A stretch of DNA of 64,000 nucleotides from a virus (Duplodnaviria > Caudoviricetes): positions 1,709 through 65,708 of the IMG/VR virus record IMGVR_UViG_3300028025_002470, one strand, 5' to 3'. Each line of letters begins with the position of its first letter. Position 1 is the stretch's first letter. Positions 45,485 through 56,527 of the stretch are shown one piece after another. Both the position numbers and the translations under genes were made by a program. Below the pieces are notes generated by a model. That model saw only the letters and a program-made list of their open reading frames with translations. It was not told the origin of the DNA and searched no databases.

Positions 45485-46396
45485 TTATTTTGAAATACCC
45501 CTTGATGCAAAAGCCTGAAGTAGCGAGGTCCTAAAGTCCCCCGAACCCTCAGTATTAACATCTGGGACTTGGTTAGAACTTGGGTTTCTAATTTCTTTTG
45601 TCACCTCTGACCTTCCTAAGGTCTTTCCATAGTTGATGAGCGCACGCTCAAACATCTCTGGATTCTGAGAGTATGCTGCGGTTTTGTACCACCTAGCATA
45701 GTCCAACTTACCGTCGGGAGCGAACTGACTAAAGAACTTTTCATTGTCAATGGTCATGTTAAACAGCGCATCCGCTTGAGGAATCTCGTAATTGAACTCA
45801 CCGTCTGGCGTATTGATGGTAATCTTCTTGTTACCTAATACGCTTTTGGTTATGTCATTACTTAATACCTCTTGCTCAAACTGTTGCATTAGTTCGGCAG
45901 TGTTGTCGCCCTCGGGTTCCGGAGCCCTAAAGCTTTGCTGCCAATCTAGGTACTGACTACGAAGCTTGGTTGCCTCTGACTTGAGCAACTCTCTGCCCAG
46001 TTCAGAATCTTCCTCGCCCCATTCGTCTTGGTCTAGCTTAAACTTGTCCACCACCTGTTGCTTATAAAGCCTATCAAAGGCTTTGTCGCTAAGGTCAGAA
46101 TACTGCTCACGAAGACTACGTCTCATAATCTCCTCGTCAGACATCTGTGTGAAGTCTACAGTTTTAGCTTGCAGATATGGAGTTAAATCACCAGTCTTTT
46201 CATAGAACTCTACAACGCCCTTGATGAAGTCATCTTTGAAATTCCTTACAGGTTCAGGCGTTGGTGCAGGGGTCGGTTCGGGAGTCGGTTCTGGAGCTGG
46301 CTCTGGAGATGGCTCGGGAGTTACCTCTGGAGCTGGAGCCGGCTCATTACCTACGACCTTAAAGTCATCTGCGCTTACGTTATTAAAATCTATCAT
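45485..46396 (-). CDS. Putative scaffolding protein
   Basis: Acidic, helical, N-terminal PE/PT repeat, directly upstream of the capsid gene. Confidence 0.65.
   Translation of the reverse strand: MIDFNNVSADDFKVVGNEPAPAPEVTPEPSPEPAPEPTPEPTPAPTPEPVRNFKDDFIKGVVEFYEKTGDLTPYLQAKTVDFTQMSDEEIMRRSLREQYSDLSDKAFDRLYKQQVVDKFKLDQDEWGEEDSELGRELLKSEATKLRSQYLDWQQSFRAPEPEGDNTAELMQQFEQEVLSNDITKSVLGNKKITINTPDGEFNYEIPQADALFNMTIDNEKFFSQFAPDGKLDYARWYKTAAYSQNPEMFERALINYGKTLGRSEVTKEIRNPSSNQVPDVNTEGSGDFRTSLLQAFASRGISK
46250..46345 (-). repeat. Pro-Glu/Thr low-complexity coding repeat
   Basis: EPAPAPEVTPEPSPEPAPEPTPEPTPAPTPEP. Confidence 0.8.
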
Positions 46397-46434
46397 TTGT
46401 TTGGTTTTAGCAAAGTTGATACACTAGTTTGAAA

Positions 46435-46725
46435 TTAGTTCAAAATTTCGGGTGTGACGTCTTCGGTTACTTCGATAGGTTCGGGAGCAGGAGCAAACCA
46501 ACCATTGTCATCCATAAATTGTTGGTCTTTTAGAAGCGCTATCTCTCCTTCTGTAAGAACGCTGGTTTGGTCTTCAGGAACCTGTAAAGCAGATTCGCCA
46601 TTAGTAGGATGGTTAATCCAGCTAAACCAATACAAGGTTACATCACCTGTACATCCCTGTTCTACAGCTATCTGACTGCTTGCGTCAATGGCATCCTGCT
46701 CACTGGCAAAGATTAAATAAAGCAT
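46435..46725 (-). CDS. Small acidic protein associated with the spike gene
   Basis: 96-aa ORF coupled to the 1531-aa gene. Confidence 0.65.
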   Translation of the reverse strand: MLYLIFASEQDAIDASSQIAVEQGCTGDVTLYWFSWINHPTNGESALQVPEDQTSVLTEGEIALLKDQQFMDDNGWFAPAPEPIEVTEDVTPEILN

Positions 46726-46726
46726 A

Positions 46727-49700
46727 TTAGTATATTTTATAATAGTTGTTTATACTGTTGTTGATTGGAGGCAGGTTAGCTGAATTGTCAAAGGCGTACA
46801 ATATCATCTCAGGAACAGAGCATTTTGAGTATTGATTAATGCCAGTCCTAGCATTTATCCTATTAAATACGTTTGAAAACGCTGTTTCAGCATGCGGAAC
46901 CATTACTAGATTATTGCCATTTATCTGTATGAATCCTTGGTTAGTGGCATTTATATATCCAGTCATTAGTATGTAGTCATTATTCTGATAAGGGTTTGAA
47001 ATGAACGAGCTTGATCCATTACCTATATAAATACCTCCAGTTCCGAATAGTATGGGGGTATAAGGGCTTCCGCCTAAAGCATTGCTTGTCGTGAACCAAG
47101 CAGATCTATCAGCATTAGCGTCTTTTTTCTGTGGATAGAATGATGTAAACTGTGGAGCTGTCAGATCTGCAAACGACATGAAGTCGTTAGTTCCATCGAA
47201 TATCAAAGAAGGTTTACCTCCAAGCGTATCCACATCCCCAGCATTAACAATACGTGGTTGTGAAGCTGCTGTTGCCTGTGTGGCATGTCTACCAGTTCCA
47301 CTCTGATCGTACCATGTGGTGACAAATCCACTGTTTGCTCCTACAAATGAGGTCAAAGCAGCAAGATCAAGATCACCTCTGAATGTACCAAAGATGTCTC
47401 TTTCTACGTTATCAGAACTACGTCTCACCCTAATCAATGGTCCTGTATAAGCAGAGCTCAAGTTACGCAAAGAATAAGCTGCTGATGCTCCAGAATAGGA
47501 ATCAAGCAATGCTGTTCCATTTCCTTGCCAGTAGGATTGATAAAATGAGTTTTGGTTAGAGCTAATGCTTTGATACAAAGTATTCTTTGTTGGGTATAGC
47601 ATAAGCTCTTGAATATCTCCACTAAAGAAAGACTGATTTACGACAGAGCCTATTGCTAATGGCACGTTGACTGGAACCCAAGATGGAATTGCAGAAGAAG
47701 ATTCTAGTACACCTCTAAAACCAATTGAACCAGTTCCAGACCCAGCATTAGAGAATATTATACTCGACGTTCCGTTAAATACACTATTTGACGCTGTAGA
47801 TAATATATATGTTGTTGTGCCGTCGTTTGTAAACAATACAGCTTTCCCAGAATCTGGAGATGCAGAAGTTGCTAGGAAAGATGTCCTATTAGCAAGAGCG
47901 GTTCCGTCGTGTTGCGCAATTATAGTAGTGCTTACTGTAGACGAAGACGAAACAACAGCATAACTACTAAATTCATTTGTTCTTATTACCGCTGTAGGAG
48001 TCAACAACGTATCATCAGTGCCATCAAAGAATATCGAAGGCTTCCCATTCTCACTCTCAACACTTCCAGCATTCACTATCCTTGGTTGACTGGCAGCTGT
48101 TGTTTGAACAGCATCCCTTTTAGGGGCAGCAGCTGTTGTGGTGGGTTGATAGCGTAGGAGTTGGCTTGATGCTGAAAACTGAGCACCAAATATCAATATA
48201 CCACTGTTGAGAGTTGTATTATATGTACCATAAGCAGCTGTTAGTTTTGGTCCAATAATAACTGTTGCTGTAGAGTTTGTTGTTGGAGTGAAAAACACAG
48301 CAAGTCTCCACCAACCGTTTCCAGCATTCTCTATTACGTATGGTGGATTGTTTATATTTGCAACGACAGAACCTGTAGTAAGATCTATTAACTGAGTATA
48401 ATCAAGAAGACCATTGTTTATATCTACAAAAGCAAAATTCCTTTCTGCAGCTTTTAAATAACAAGAAAAAACATAAGTTGTGCCAGCAACCATACTAAGG
48501 CTAGTCTGAGTCAATGCTGGATTTTGTGCTGTAAGTCCGTTCTCAAGAATCTTATCAGCATTATTCCCTCCAAATGGATCTACTGCAACATTTTCTGAAA
48601 CAGTACATTGGCTCTTTGTCCAGCTTGCATTACCAAACGTCTCACTCTGTAGAACAAGATTATCCCCTATTCCACTCTGGTCATACCATTTAGTTACAAA
48701 TGCGTTAGCGCCATTAATAGGAGATGCTGTTAATGTTGGTACGTAGGATTGAAGAATAGAGCCTGTTGTTAATTGTGCTCCCCAGATATATATCCCTGAG
48801 TTAGATACTCCAAGATGAGATGGGGTTGGGTTATTTAAAGTTCCTGTTAATAAAGTGACCTGATATCCACATGCAGCTATTACGTTTATCGTACCAGACA
48901 CAGAAACTCTCCACCACCCATTACCTGCACTAGTTACAGATGCATTAAAAACAATTCCACCAAAATAACTATCTGATTTGAATTGACCAGTAATTAAATC
49001 TACTGTAATACTAAAGTTTGCAAATGGAGATATCGTTCTGTATAAAGTAAGTGATGCTAAATTTCTTTCAGCTGCTTTTAGGTATATTGAAGCATTATTT
49101 GACAATGCAGCGGTAGTAAATACAGCAACAGCCTTATCTGATGTTGTTGCGGTCTCGGTAAGTTTATTAGCAGTGAGTGTTCCGTTAGGTGCTATTGTTG
49201 AGTTTGCTGTCGCTATTGTACTAGACTTATTCCAAGTAGCATTTGTAAAGTCTTCAGAATAGGCAAGCAAATTCTGTCCCCCCGTAAATGACAACAGAGA
49301 AGCTACATCCAAATCACCACTGTATGTACCACCAATATCTGTCTCTGCGTTGTCAGAGCTTCTTCTCACTCTTATTAATGGTCCTCTGTATGAAGAGGAT
49401 AGGTTTCTTAATGAATAAGCAGCTGCTGCTCCCCCGAACTGATCCAATAACCCACTACTAGCACCAGTCCATTGGGTTTGGTAGTAGGCACCAACATTAC
49501 GATCTATGTCTGCACGATTGGCTGATCTAGAGGTTCCATAGAGAATAATCTCTTGCATGTCACCAAAGAATGGCGCAGATCCAACTTGATTAGCGCCTAT
49601 CCTACCAAATGTTGACGGGTATTGAGAAGCTGATAACGGTCCATTATCGGTTTGTACAAATTGCTGTTGTATGGAGTTTTGGAAAATATTAAACAAAGAA

Positions 49701-51322
49701 GGTGGGTCAAATGATATAGACTGAAGTTTTGGTGTAGCAGACAAGTCTGTGATTGTCTGTCCGTATCCTATAAATAACCCACTGTTAGGTTTTAAAAATG
49801 CAACCCTTTCGTTAGTTAAAGCTCCAGTTGTATTTCCTATGAAATACAATATTCGAGTATCGACAGTCGCATTCGCATTAAGTATTCCATAGGCTGCCGT
49901 ACTTGCAGTAATAGCAGTAGCTGGTGTAAACACAGCAGAAACATACTGATTACCAGTTGTGGTGTATGTTATATCAGAAGCTAGAGATAAGAAATCATCC
50001 ACACCATCAAACCTTATAGAAGCCTTACCATTCTCTCTCTCTATCACACCTGCATTTACAATCCTAGGCTGTGAAGCAGCAGTGGCTTGTGATGCATCTC
50101 TTCTTGATACGGCTGTGGTTGTTGTTGCTTGATAGCCTTGAAGCCATGTGCCGTTTGATATTTGAGCACCGTATATTAAAATGTCAGAAGTGCCTGAACC
50201 GTCAGTTCCTGCCAATACAAGCTGCAACCTATTTCCAGATGGCACATAATTGAAGCTAAATCTCTGCCATGAGGAAGTTACTGTAAAAGTTGCGCCAAGT
50301 ATACCTCCACCAACATATATAGATATAGTCTGATTGGCTCCAGAGAAGCTCTTCATCCATATGCTGTAATTTCTAGATGTACCAGCTGTTACTGATTGGA
50401 TGAGAAATGAGAAGTCTGAGCTAGTTGTTCCGCCTCCAGTACTAAGCACAAGTCTAGTTGCAGTGCTACCACCGAACGGATCAGTTCCTGCATTAGGTGT
50501 TATAACTGGAAAAACGCCAGTTCCACCTTTACCACCAATCCAAGGAGACACCGTGAATGAATTACTCTGTAACAACAAATTCTCCCCATTACCATCCTGT
50601 GTATACCACTTGGTTACAAATCCATTTGCTGTGTTTCGTGCTGCTCCAGTTTGTTGGTATGTTTGTGCTGTGACACCTTGGTTGAGTTGGGCGCCAAATA
50701 TAAGGACATCTAAATTTAGAACAAAGTTTGTAGATATGATAGATTGAAATGCACCAGCAACAGCTACGAAGCTAAAGGTGAATCTCTGCCAATCATTAGT
50801 AGCAGTAAATGCACCACTACTTATTACGCTATTACACGCAGCTATCCTAAATGTCTGATTAACTCCTGTGTTTGATTTAACCCAGACAGACATAGTGTAT
50901 GACTGACCAACTGTCAAGGCAATATTTTGATCGAGCCAGTAAGAACTAGTACCAGTATTAGCCAAGTATCTAGTTGCGTTATTTCCTCCAAAAGGATCAG
51001 TGCCTGCGTTCGCTGTAACTGTAGAGCTTGATTTACCCCAGCTTGCTGATGTAAAAGACTCAGATACTAAAAACAAATTCTCATATCCAACAAATGCTTG
51101 TAGAGCTGTTTCGTCTAGGTTGTCGCCGGAAAATCCAATATCCTGTTCAGAATTGTCCAGAGAACGTCTGACACGTACAGCTGATCCGCCATACGTAGAG
51201 CTTAACTTTCTTAGTGAGAAAGCTGCGGCTGCACCACCGTATGTATCTAACAACGCAGGTGTAGGGGCAGGTGTTCCGCCTCCAGTCAATCTGTTCCAGA
51301 GATTAATGAATATTCCAATCAT
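46727..51322 (-). CDS. Large head spike/fibre protein with repeated lectin-like and carbohydrate-binding modules
   Basis: Three LLD..GA.AA.SLR.LSS.Y.G...RVRRS.DN units and four NL...S..F....W modules. Confidence 0.75.
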   Translation of the reverse strand: MIGIFINLWNRLTGGGTPAPTPALLDTYGGAAAAFSLRKLSSTYGGSAVRVRRSLDNSEQDIGFSGDNLDETALQAFVGYENLFLVSESFTSASWGKSSSTVTANAGTDPFGGNNATRYLANTGTSSYWLDQNIALTVGQSYTMSVWVKSNTGVNQTFRIAACNSVISSGAFTATNDWQRFTFSFVAVAGAFQSIISTNFVLNLDVLIFGAQLNQGVTAQTYQQTGAARNTANGFVTKWYTQDGNGENLLLQSNSFTVSPWIGGKGGTGVFPVITPNAGTDPFGGSTATRLVLSTGGGTTSSDFSFLIQSVTAGTSRNYSIWMKSFSGANQTISIYVGGGILGATFTVTSSWQRFSFNYVPSGNRLQLVLAGTDGSGTSDILIYGAQISNGTWLQGYQATTTTAVSRRDASQATAASQPRIVNAGVIERENGKASIRFDGVDDFLSLASDITYTTTGNQYVSAVFTPATAITASTAAYGILNANATVDTRILYFIGNTTGALTNERVAFLKPNSGLFIGYGQTITDLSATPKLQSISFDPPSLFNIFQNSIQQQFVQTDNGPLSASQYPSTFGRIGANQVGSAPFFGDMQEIILYGTSRSANRADIDRNVGAYYQTQWTGASSGLLDQFGGAAAAYSLRNLSSSYRGPLIRVRRSSDNAETDIGGTYSGDLDVASLLSFTGGQNLLAYSEDFTNATWNKSSTIATANSTIAPNGTLTANKLTETATTSDKAVAVFTTAALSNNASIYLKAAERNLASLTLYRTISPFANFSITVDLITGQFKSDSYFGGIVFNASVTSAGNGWWRVSVSGTINVIAACGYQVTLLTGTLNNPTPSHLGVSNSGIYIWGAQLTTGSILQSYVPTLTASPINGANAFVTKWYDQSGIGDNLVLQSETFGNASWTKSQCTVSENVAVDPFGGNNADKILENGLTAQNPALTQTSLSMVAGTTYVFSCYLKAAERNFAFVDINNGLLDYTQLIDLTTGSVVANINNPPYVIENAGNGWWRLAVFFTPTTNSTATVIIGPKLTAAYGTYNTTLNSGILIFGAQFSASSQLLRYQPTTTAAAPKRDAVQTTAASQPRIVNAGSVESENGKPSIFFDGTDDTLLTPTAVIRTNEFSSYAVVSSSSTVSTTIIAQHDGTALANRTSFLATSASPDSGKAVLFTNDGTTTYILSTASNSVFNGTSSIIFSNAGSGTGSIGFRGVLESSSAIPSWVPVNVPLAIGSVVNQSFFSGDIQELMLYPTKNTLYQSISSNQNSFYQSYWQGNGTALLDSYSGASAAYSLRNLSSAYTGPLIRVRRSSDNVERDIFGTFRGDLDLAALTSFVGANSGFVTTWYDQSGTGRHATQATAASQPRIVNAGDVDTLGGKPSLIFDGTNDFMSFADLTAPQFTSFYPQKKDANADRSAWFTTSNALGGSPYTPILFGTGGIYIGNGSSSFISNPYQNNDYILMTGYINATNQGFIQINGNNLVMVPHAETAFSNVFNRINARTGINQYSKCSVPEMILYAFDNSANLPPINNSINNYYKIY

Positions 51323-51624
51323 ATGAGTGCGACTAGGTTGGTAGCTGTGGTTCCTGTTGAATTAACTCTTGTGCATACTACGGGTAAAATACTACCGGCT
51401 TGGCAGTTCTTGAAAAGAACAGCTGTGCCACCACAAACAGCAGTGACGTCGCCAGTAACACCAATGTAAATCCCCCGAGCTGCCAATGTAAAGTTAGTTG
51501 AATCAGACGGAACTACAGCGACAGCACTGTCGGCTGGTGACGTATCAAGAGCATCCGTCATGTAGGTACCACGGTCCCTAGTCTTTTTGGGGTAACCGTC
51601 CTTTGAAAAGATATAGTCAGGCAT
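51319..51624 (-). CDS. Spike base protein (RcGTA Rcc01079-like)
   Basis: SPADSAVAVVPSD...RGIYIG..G.V...GSILPV...RVNSTGTTA. Confidence 0.8.
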   Translation of the reverse strand: MPDYIFSKDGYPKKTRDRGTYMTDALDTSPADSAVAVVPSDSTNFTLAARGIYIGVTGDVTAVCGGTAVLFKNCQAGSILPVVCTRVNSTGTTATNLVALI

Positions 51625-51678
51625 TTCTACTTTTTTGTAAAATTATAATTTGAATGATACTTGTCTGTTAAAATTACG

Positions 51679-53961
51679 CTATGAAACATCGTCAGGTTGA
51701 CCCATCTTGATTTTAGTCACACTCTTCTTACCCCTGTTCTCAACCTCCTTGGTGGTTACCTTACCAGTCTGGCGCATCTCCTCGAGCTGTAGCTCGAACT
51801 GATACTTCATCTCCATTAACTTCGCATCGTACTCTTTCTCCACCTGAATCAGCTGAGACTTAACCTGACCCTCTACTTGGAGAGTTTGTTGTTTAGCCTG
51901 CTCGGCAACCATCGCTGATTGTTGCTGAACCTGTGCATTCATCTGCTGGTCCATCATGGCCTTCCTCTCCAGCTCGTCTTTTCTTTTCCTGATCTTGTAC
52001 GCCAACAGTTGCTGGGCAACCTTTAAGTTATCTGTGTTCTGAATAATAATAGCATCCTCGATGTCTAACATGTTGTTGGCCTGACCGGCTTGGACCTGTT
52101 GCATTAACATCATCCGCTGGTCGTCGGTTGGCTTATCCTCCAGATAAATGCCAAACTCATACAACGCCACATTTGAAGACACCTTGAAGAACTGCATCGT
52201 ATTACCCCCGAGCGCGCGGACATAGCCCTTAACTTCCCCACTGGCAGCCACATCTTGCAACCTTAATATAACGTCATTAGCGAGCGATTCAAGGAGTTTC
52301 TTCTCTCCGTTTACTATACCATACAACGCGTTATTCGTGCCCTCCTGTGCCAGCTTTGCCACCGTAGTGAGCGTTCTAGGATCAGGTGTAGACCCGTCCG
52401 TCATTTCGTTCATTCCGGTAATGTCTCTGAGCATCTGGATATGATTCTGAATCATCTGCCAGTAGTTCATCGCATCCCTACCTAACCCGTTCTCAAGCTC
52501 TTCGATTGGTTTGTAATTGGTCTGCCTACCCTGAGAATCCATCTTCCTATAGACCAATGTACCAGTCTTATTGTAAAGATCCAACACCTTCATTGGTGAC
52601 ATCTTCTTTCCGCCAGCACCCAGTGGAATATCCTCAAGTGCCCCCATCTCAATCATAATACCCTTAGGCCTTGATTGGTTGATAACATTCTGAAGGCGAT
52701 ACCAAGAGATCTGAATAGCGTCGGCGATGGGAATTATTTGCTCCATCATACCGACAGCCCTCATATCCCAGAACTCTGGTGCATATATGTGATAGCTCAT
52801 CTTGGTATCCATCAAAGAGGACTTGGCCCTCTTCATGTCAGTACAAAGACCGTAGTCAAAGATATAATTTGTATCCATGATCCACTTACCCTTGTAGACA
52901 ACTTTATAAGCTACCCTTTCAAACTTGTCCTTTCTTTTGTTCCTATCCTCGTACTTAGCCCTAGCGTAAATTTTATTTCCTCTTCTATCTATCCTCTGCT
53001 CGTATACGATCTCGTTCACAGAGTAGAACTCTATGTCCAAAACCCGCATGTTGAACTTATCGTAACCTCTGTTGTATATAGAAAGAGACGTCGGCCATTC
53101 TCTAGGGTTTCCGTATTTGCCAATGACGTTCTTGGCAATGTCTTCATATTCTAATTCACTAAACTGATTCCCTGCCATCTGCTTTAAATCAGAGATGGTC
53201 ATGTCAATCACTTCCCCTATATATGCAGCATCCGAGAAGTCGTTCTTCTTACAGTTGTTTATTATTATATTTCTGGGGTTGATGTTCCGGATCTTGATGG
53301 CGCCGTTAGAATCTATATATTCCTTATACCCAGCAACACCGTAATCAAACTCATCCTCCCGAACCTTTTCCCTTAACTTGTCGATCTGGTTTTGTTCAAA
53401 TACAAGTTTAATACCCTGCTCGGCCTCGATGGCCATTTGATGCTTGTGGGTGTATTTCATCTGCATCTCCAGCTCTTCCATATCCTTGGCCTCACCGGGT
53501 TCCATCTGCAGAGATGGATCTTCCAAGAGACTAGGATCGATCTTCATCGCCTCTTCTCTCATTAGTATCTTGGCCTTAACCCTAGCAAAGTAATCCTGAT
53601 TCTCTTCGTTAGCCAGAGAATCTATCGGAGTGGCGATAAGATTATAGTCAACCTTTGAAAGCTTCCCCAAAGCTATCCTTCTGAACTTGGGAACGATAGG
53701 AATAATAGACCAGTCGATAGACAGCCAGTTCTCATTCTCGTCCTCATCTATACCCATCAAAGGTCTGTACTTTCCTATGGATTGATTACCTGTGGCGTAC
53801 TGTTTGTACACCTCATACTTGTATCTGGCGTTATAGAATATCTCGCCGGGGTTATCGTTATTCCATCCGCTCCACGCAGCCCTTGCGAACTGCAGAATCC
53901 ATTCACGACCCTTTTCTCTTGGGTCGATAAGGTGGGATGGAAAATCGTTGATTGTTGTCAT
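51679..53961 (-). CDS. Portal protein
   Basis: 760 aa after the terminase; W.IIPIVPKF, LRDITGMNE..DGSTPD. Confidence 0.9.
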   Translation of the reverse strand: MTTINDFPSHLIDPREKGREWILQFARAAWSGWNNDNPGEIFYNARYKYEVYKQYATGNQSIGKYRPLMGIDEDENENWLSIDWSIIPIVPKFRRIALGKLSKVDYNLIATPIDSLANEENQDYFARVKAKILMREEAMKIDPSLLEDPSLQMEPGEAKDMEELEMQMKYTHKHQMAIEAEQGIKLVFEQNQIDKLREKVREDEFDYGVAGYKEYIDSNGAIKIRNINPRNIIINNCKKNDFSDAAYIGEVIDMTISDLKQMAGNQFSELEYEDIAKNVIGKYGNPREWPTSLSIYNRGYDKFNMRVLDIEFYSVNEIVYEQRIDRRGNKIYARAKYEDRNKRKDKFERVAYKVVYKGKWIMDTNYIFDYGLCTDMKRAKSSLMDTKMSYHIYAPEFWDMRAVGMMEQIIPIADAIQISWYRLQNVINQSRPKGIMIEMGALEDIPLGAGGKKMSPMKVLDLYNKTGTLVYRKMDSQGRQTNYKPIEELENGLGRDAMNYWQMIQNHIQMLRDITGMNEMTDGSTPDPRTLTTVAKLAQEGTNNALYGIVNGEKKLLESLANDVILRLQDVAASGEVKGYVRALGGNTMQFFKVSSNVALYEFGIYLEDKPTDDQRMMLMQQVQAGQANNMLDIEDAIIIQNTDNLKVAQQLLAYKIRKRKDELERKAMMDQQMNAQVQQQSAMVAEQAKQQTLQVEGQVKSQLIQVEKEYDAKLMEMKYQFELQLEEMRQTGKVTTKEVENRGKKSVTKIKMGQPDDVS

Positions 53962-55967
53962 CTTCTTGGTATTTTATACGATCTAAAGTATTCTTTAACC
54001 TCCCGAACCTCTGACTTGTCCTGCTTGGTGTTGATAGCCTTCTCGGCCATCAGAGCATAGGACGCAGCCATGGCTATGTCGAACTTGGTTGTATTAGACA
54101 GGTCAAACTCCAGCCAGTCTTTTAAAAGATCTTTGAAGTAAACCTTATCTACATCACTGTTAATATACTCCTCCGTCAACTCCGCACCATACTGGTGGCT
54201 TCTTGGTGTTGCAGCTATACCCGGAGCCTGACGGTCCGGGAGCCACATCAAAAAGTTACCATATCCTCTCTCGTTGAAGTATCCCAACATTCCTATTTTA
54301 TTGTTCTCAAACAGTATATGACATCCGTAATATACTGCCATCTTAATCATGTCCTCGTAGAACACACTGACTATATCTGGTCTATGAACGTACTTACAAA
54401 CAAAGGCTCTGTTATATATATCCTCCCGAACTGGGCTATACTTCTGTAATATAATCCCAGCGCCATTCGATCTTCTGTTATCTTGTGTGGCAGAGTGGTC
54501 GATCGGATCGACTCCTCCACAGAAAGACAAGGTGTTATTAGGATACCAAAGGTCGCCTCTTTTGTGTACTTTGTTACTCATTGCCTCCTCCTCGAACAAC
54601 TTGACCACCTCGAACTTGCCGTTAGCTTGTGGCTCCCACACAACCCTGCTATCTTTTACGCCATTCTCCCAGACAAAGTTACCTCTAGTTGTAACGTTTT
54701 CCTTCCAGCTTAGCCTATCAAGTCTTTCGTTTAGTTTCATCGCATCGTAAAGACAATGCTCACCATCAACCCTAAACGCCTCTTCAATAGTAAAGGGGTT
54801 CTTTCTTATAATCGAACTCAGTTGTCTGGTGTCGTGGGCAAAGCCCTTCCGCATGTTATTATAATAACTCAAACCCTTTTCACTGTCCTCGTTACCGAAC
54901 GCATCAAAGAACGTAGACTCATGTGCGCCAAAGAACAATCTATATAATCCAGATGTTGTCCTACCATTGGCGTCCCTGTTTTCCTGATCGGAGTTCTTCC
55001 AGATGTCTTTGGGACCGTTACCCGTAACGTCTATATCCTCGATAGTAGATGTTACGAAAGCCTTCCCCACCCAGTTGCCGTCCTGATCCATACAGTACCT
55101 AACTACATTCCAAGTATCCCATACGTTAGACCTCTGTGGTTTTCCAAACTCATCGAGGATATATGCATATAATGCATTACCGTCGTAATGAAAGGGCTCA
55201 GATGATCCAAAGTTTACTAGACTCCTCAGCTCGTCCCCATCTAACATGTCGTCAGAATTCTTTCCTCTGATCGTTGGTTTATAAAATCTTAACTCCTTCT
55301 TAGGTCTGAGACCCTGTGAGGTGTCATAAATTGGTTTGAAAAAGTGTGGTAGGTTTACAAAATAATTAATGATAGTCTTGTTAAATACAAGTTTTGCATC
55401 CTCGTCAGTCTTAGACTGAATACCCCCGATCTTATCTAGACCAAGGCTAACCCTATCTAACATCCAAGCTCCGGCGATATAGGTTTTCCCTCCACGCCTT
55501 CGTGATACATAAACAAGACCTCCAGCTCTTGGGTCATCCTCTACAGACGCCATACAGTAGAAGATTCTTCTGTCTGTGTTCCTGTAGTCCATATAACCCA
55601 CGTTCGTAGCACACCAGTTCAAATAGTACCAGTGAGTTCCTGTAATGTAAGTCTCAACGCCGTTGTTCTTAAACCAGTAACCACATCTCCTATAGGTCCA
55701 GTGCTTTTCTCTAATCGCCTCAAGTTCGGGGTCAAAGTAATCAGGATCGTCAAGCTGTTTGTTAAACTCCTTCTGTCTTCTTTTATCGTAGTCTTTAGGA
55801 AGTAGTAACCTCTTCCACTTTTGTTCTGATTTCTTTGTACTCTCAGAGTGTACCCCTATGTGTACCAACTCCCCAGTCATACGATCAACACCATACCCTA
55901 CAGGTGGAATCCAACATTCGATCCCCTGTATTATAGTCTTAGTGCCATCCTTTAACGGTTTGTACAT
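53958..55967 (-). CDS. terL: Terminase large subunit
   Basis: YITGTHWYYL, SRRRGGKT, ILDEFGK (Walker B), GGVDP, FENNK nuclease motifs. Confidence 0.92.
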   Translation of the reverse strand: MYKPLKDGTKTIIQGIECWIPPVGYGVDRMTGELVHIGVHSESTKKSEQKWKRLLLPKDYDKRRQKEFNKQLDDPDYFDPELEAIREKHWTYRRCGYWFKNNGVETYITGTHWYYLNWCATNVGYMDYRNTDRRIFYCMASVEDDPRAGGLVYVSRRRGGKTYIAGAWMLDRVSLGLDKIGGIQSKTDEDAKLVFNKTIINYFVNLPHFFKPIYDTSQGLRPKKELRFYKPTIRGKNSDDMLDGDELRSLVNFGSSEPFHYDGNALYAYILDEFGKPQRSNVWDTWNVVRYCMDQDGNWVGKAFVTSTIEDIDVTGNGPKDIWKNSDQENRDANGRTTSGLYRLFFGAHESTFFDAFGNEDSEKGLSYYNNMRKGFAHDTRQLSSIIRKNPFTIEEAFRVDGEHCLYDAMKLNERLDRLSWKENVTTRGNFVWENGVKDSRVVWEPQANGKFEVVKLFEEEAMSNKVHKRGDLWYPNNTLSFCGGVDPIDHSATQDNRRSNGAGIILQKYSPVREDIYNRAFVCKYVHRPDIVSVFYEDMIKMAVYYGCHILFENNKIGMLGYFNERGYGNFLMWLPDRQAPGIAATPRSHQYGAELTEEYINSDVDKVYFKDLLKDWLEFDLSNTTKFDIAMAASYALMAEKAINTKQDKSEVREVKEYFRSYKIPRR

Positions 55968-56527
55968 TATCGTTTAGCTATTGATTCAGGACTGAGCCTG
56001 CGTCTTTTTGTTAGGGAATCTTCTAGTGTGCTGTCTGATCCGGTTAGTTGTGCGTAGTATTTACTCAGCCTCTGGTCGATGTCGTCCATGGCCTCTAGGA
56101 GCTTCGTCTTGAGCGTCACCGCACTTAGGGCATCTCTATCTGCATCACCCCCGACCTCGGCCATAATGCGCCTCTGGTACTCGTAGAAGCTCTGCTCATT
56201 AGTAACGATCATAGTCCACAGCCTGCTGTTCTGATACTGAAGATACTGAGAGATCATATCGAGCAACTCATCATACGGACCCAGATCAACAGTCAGAGAC
56301 TTTAGACTTTCGATGTTCCCCTCATAACCAGCTATCTTACCAGCAACGTCCTTTCTTTTTTCTAGGTCTGGGTACAAGTCTTTGATAGGAGATTTAGAGT
56401 CATACATTAATATGACGTACCTGATCATCTTATCATCCTGACTGTTAACTAAACTAGCCAGCTTGGGGTATGCCTCAAGCATTGGCTTCTTAACAGTCGG
56501 ATCAAACTCCATATTTCTATAAACCAT
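55967..56527 (-). CDS. Putative terminase small subunit
   Basis: Helical 186-aa gene coupled upstream of terL; positional inference. Confidence 0.5.
   Translation of the reverse strand: MVYRNMEFDPTVKKPMLEAYPKLASLVNSQDDKMIRYVILMYDSKSPIKDLYPDLEKRKDVAGKIAGYEGNIESLKSLTVDLGPYDELLDMISQYLQYQNSRLWTMIVTNEQSFYEYQRRIMAEVGGDADRDALSAVTLKTKLLEAMDDIDQRLSKYYAQLTGSDSTLEDSLTKRRRLSPESIAKR

Noticed and set aside
38637-51322. Diversity-generating retroelement acting on fibre or spike genes
   Set aside because: No reverse transcriptase, and I saw no template/variable repeat pair differing only at adenines.
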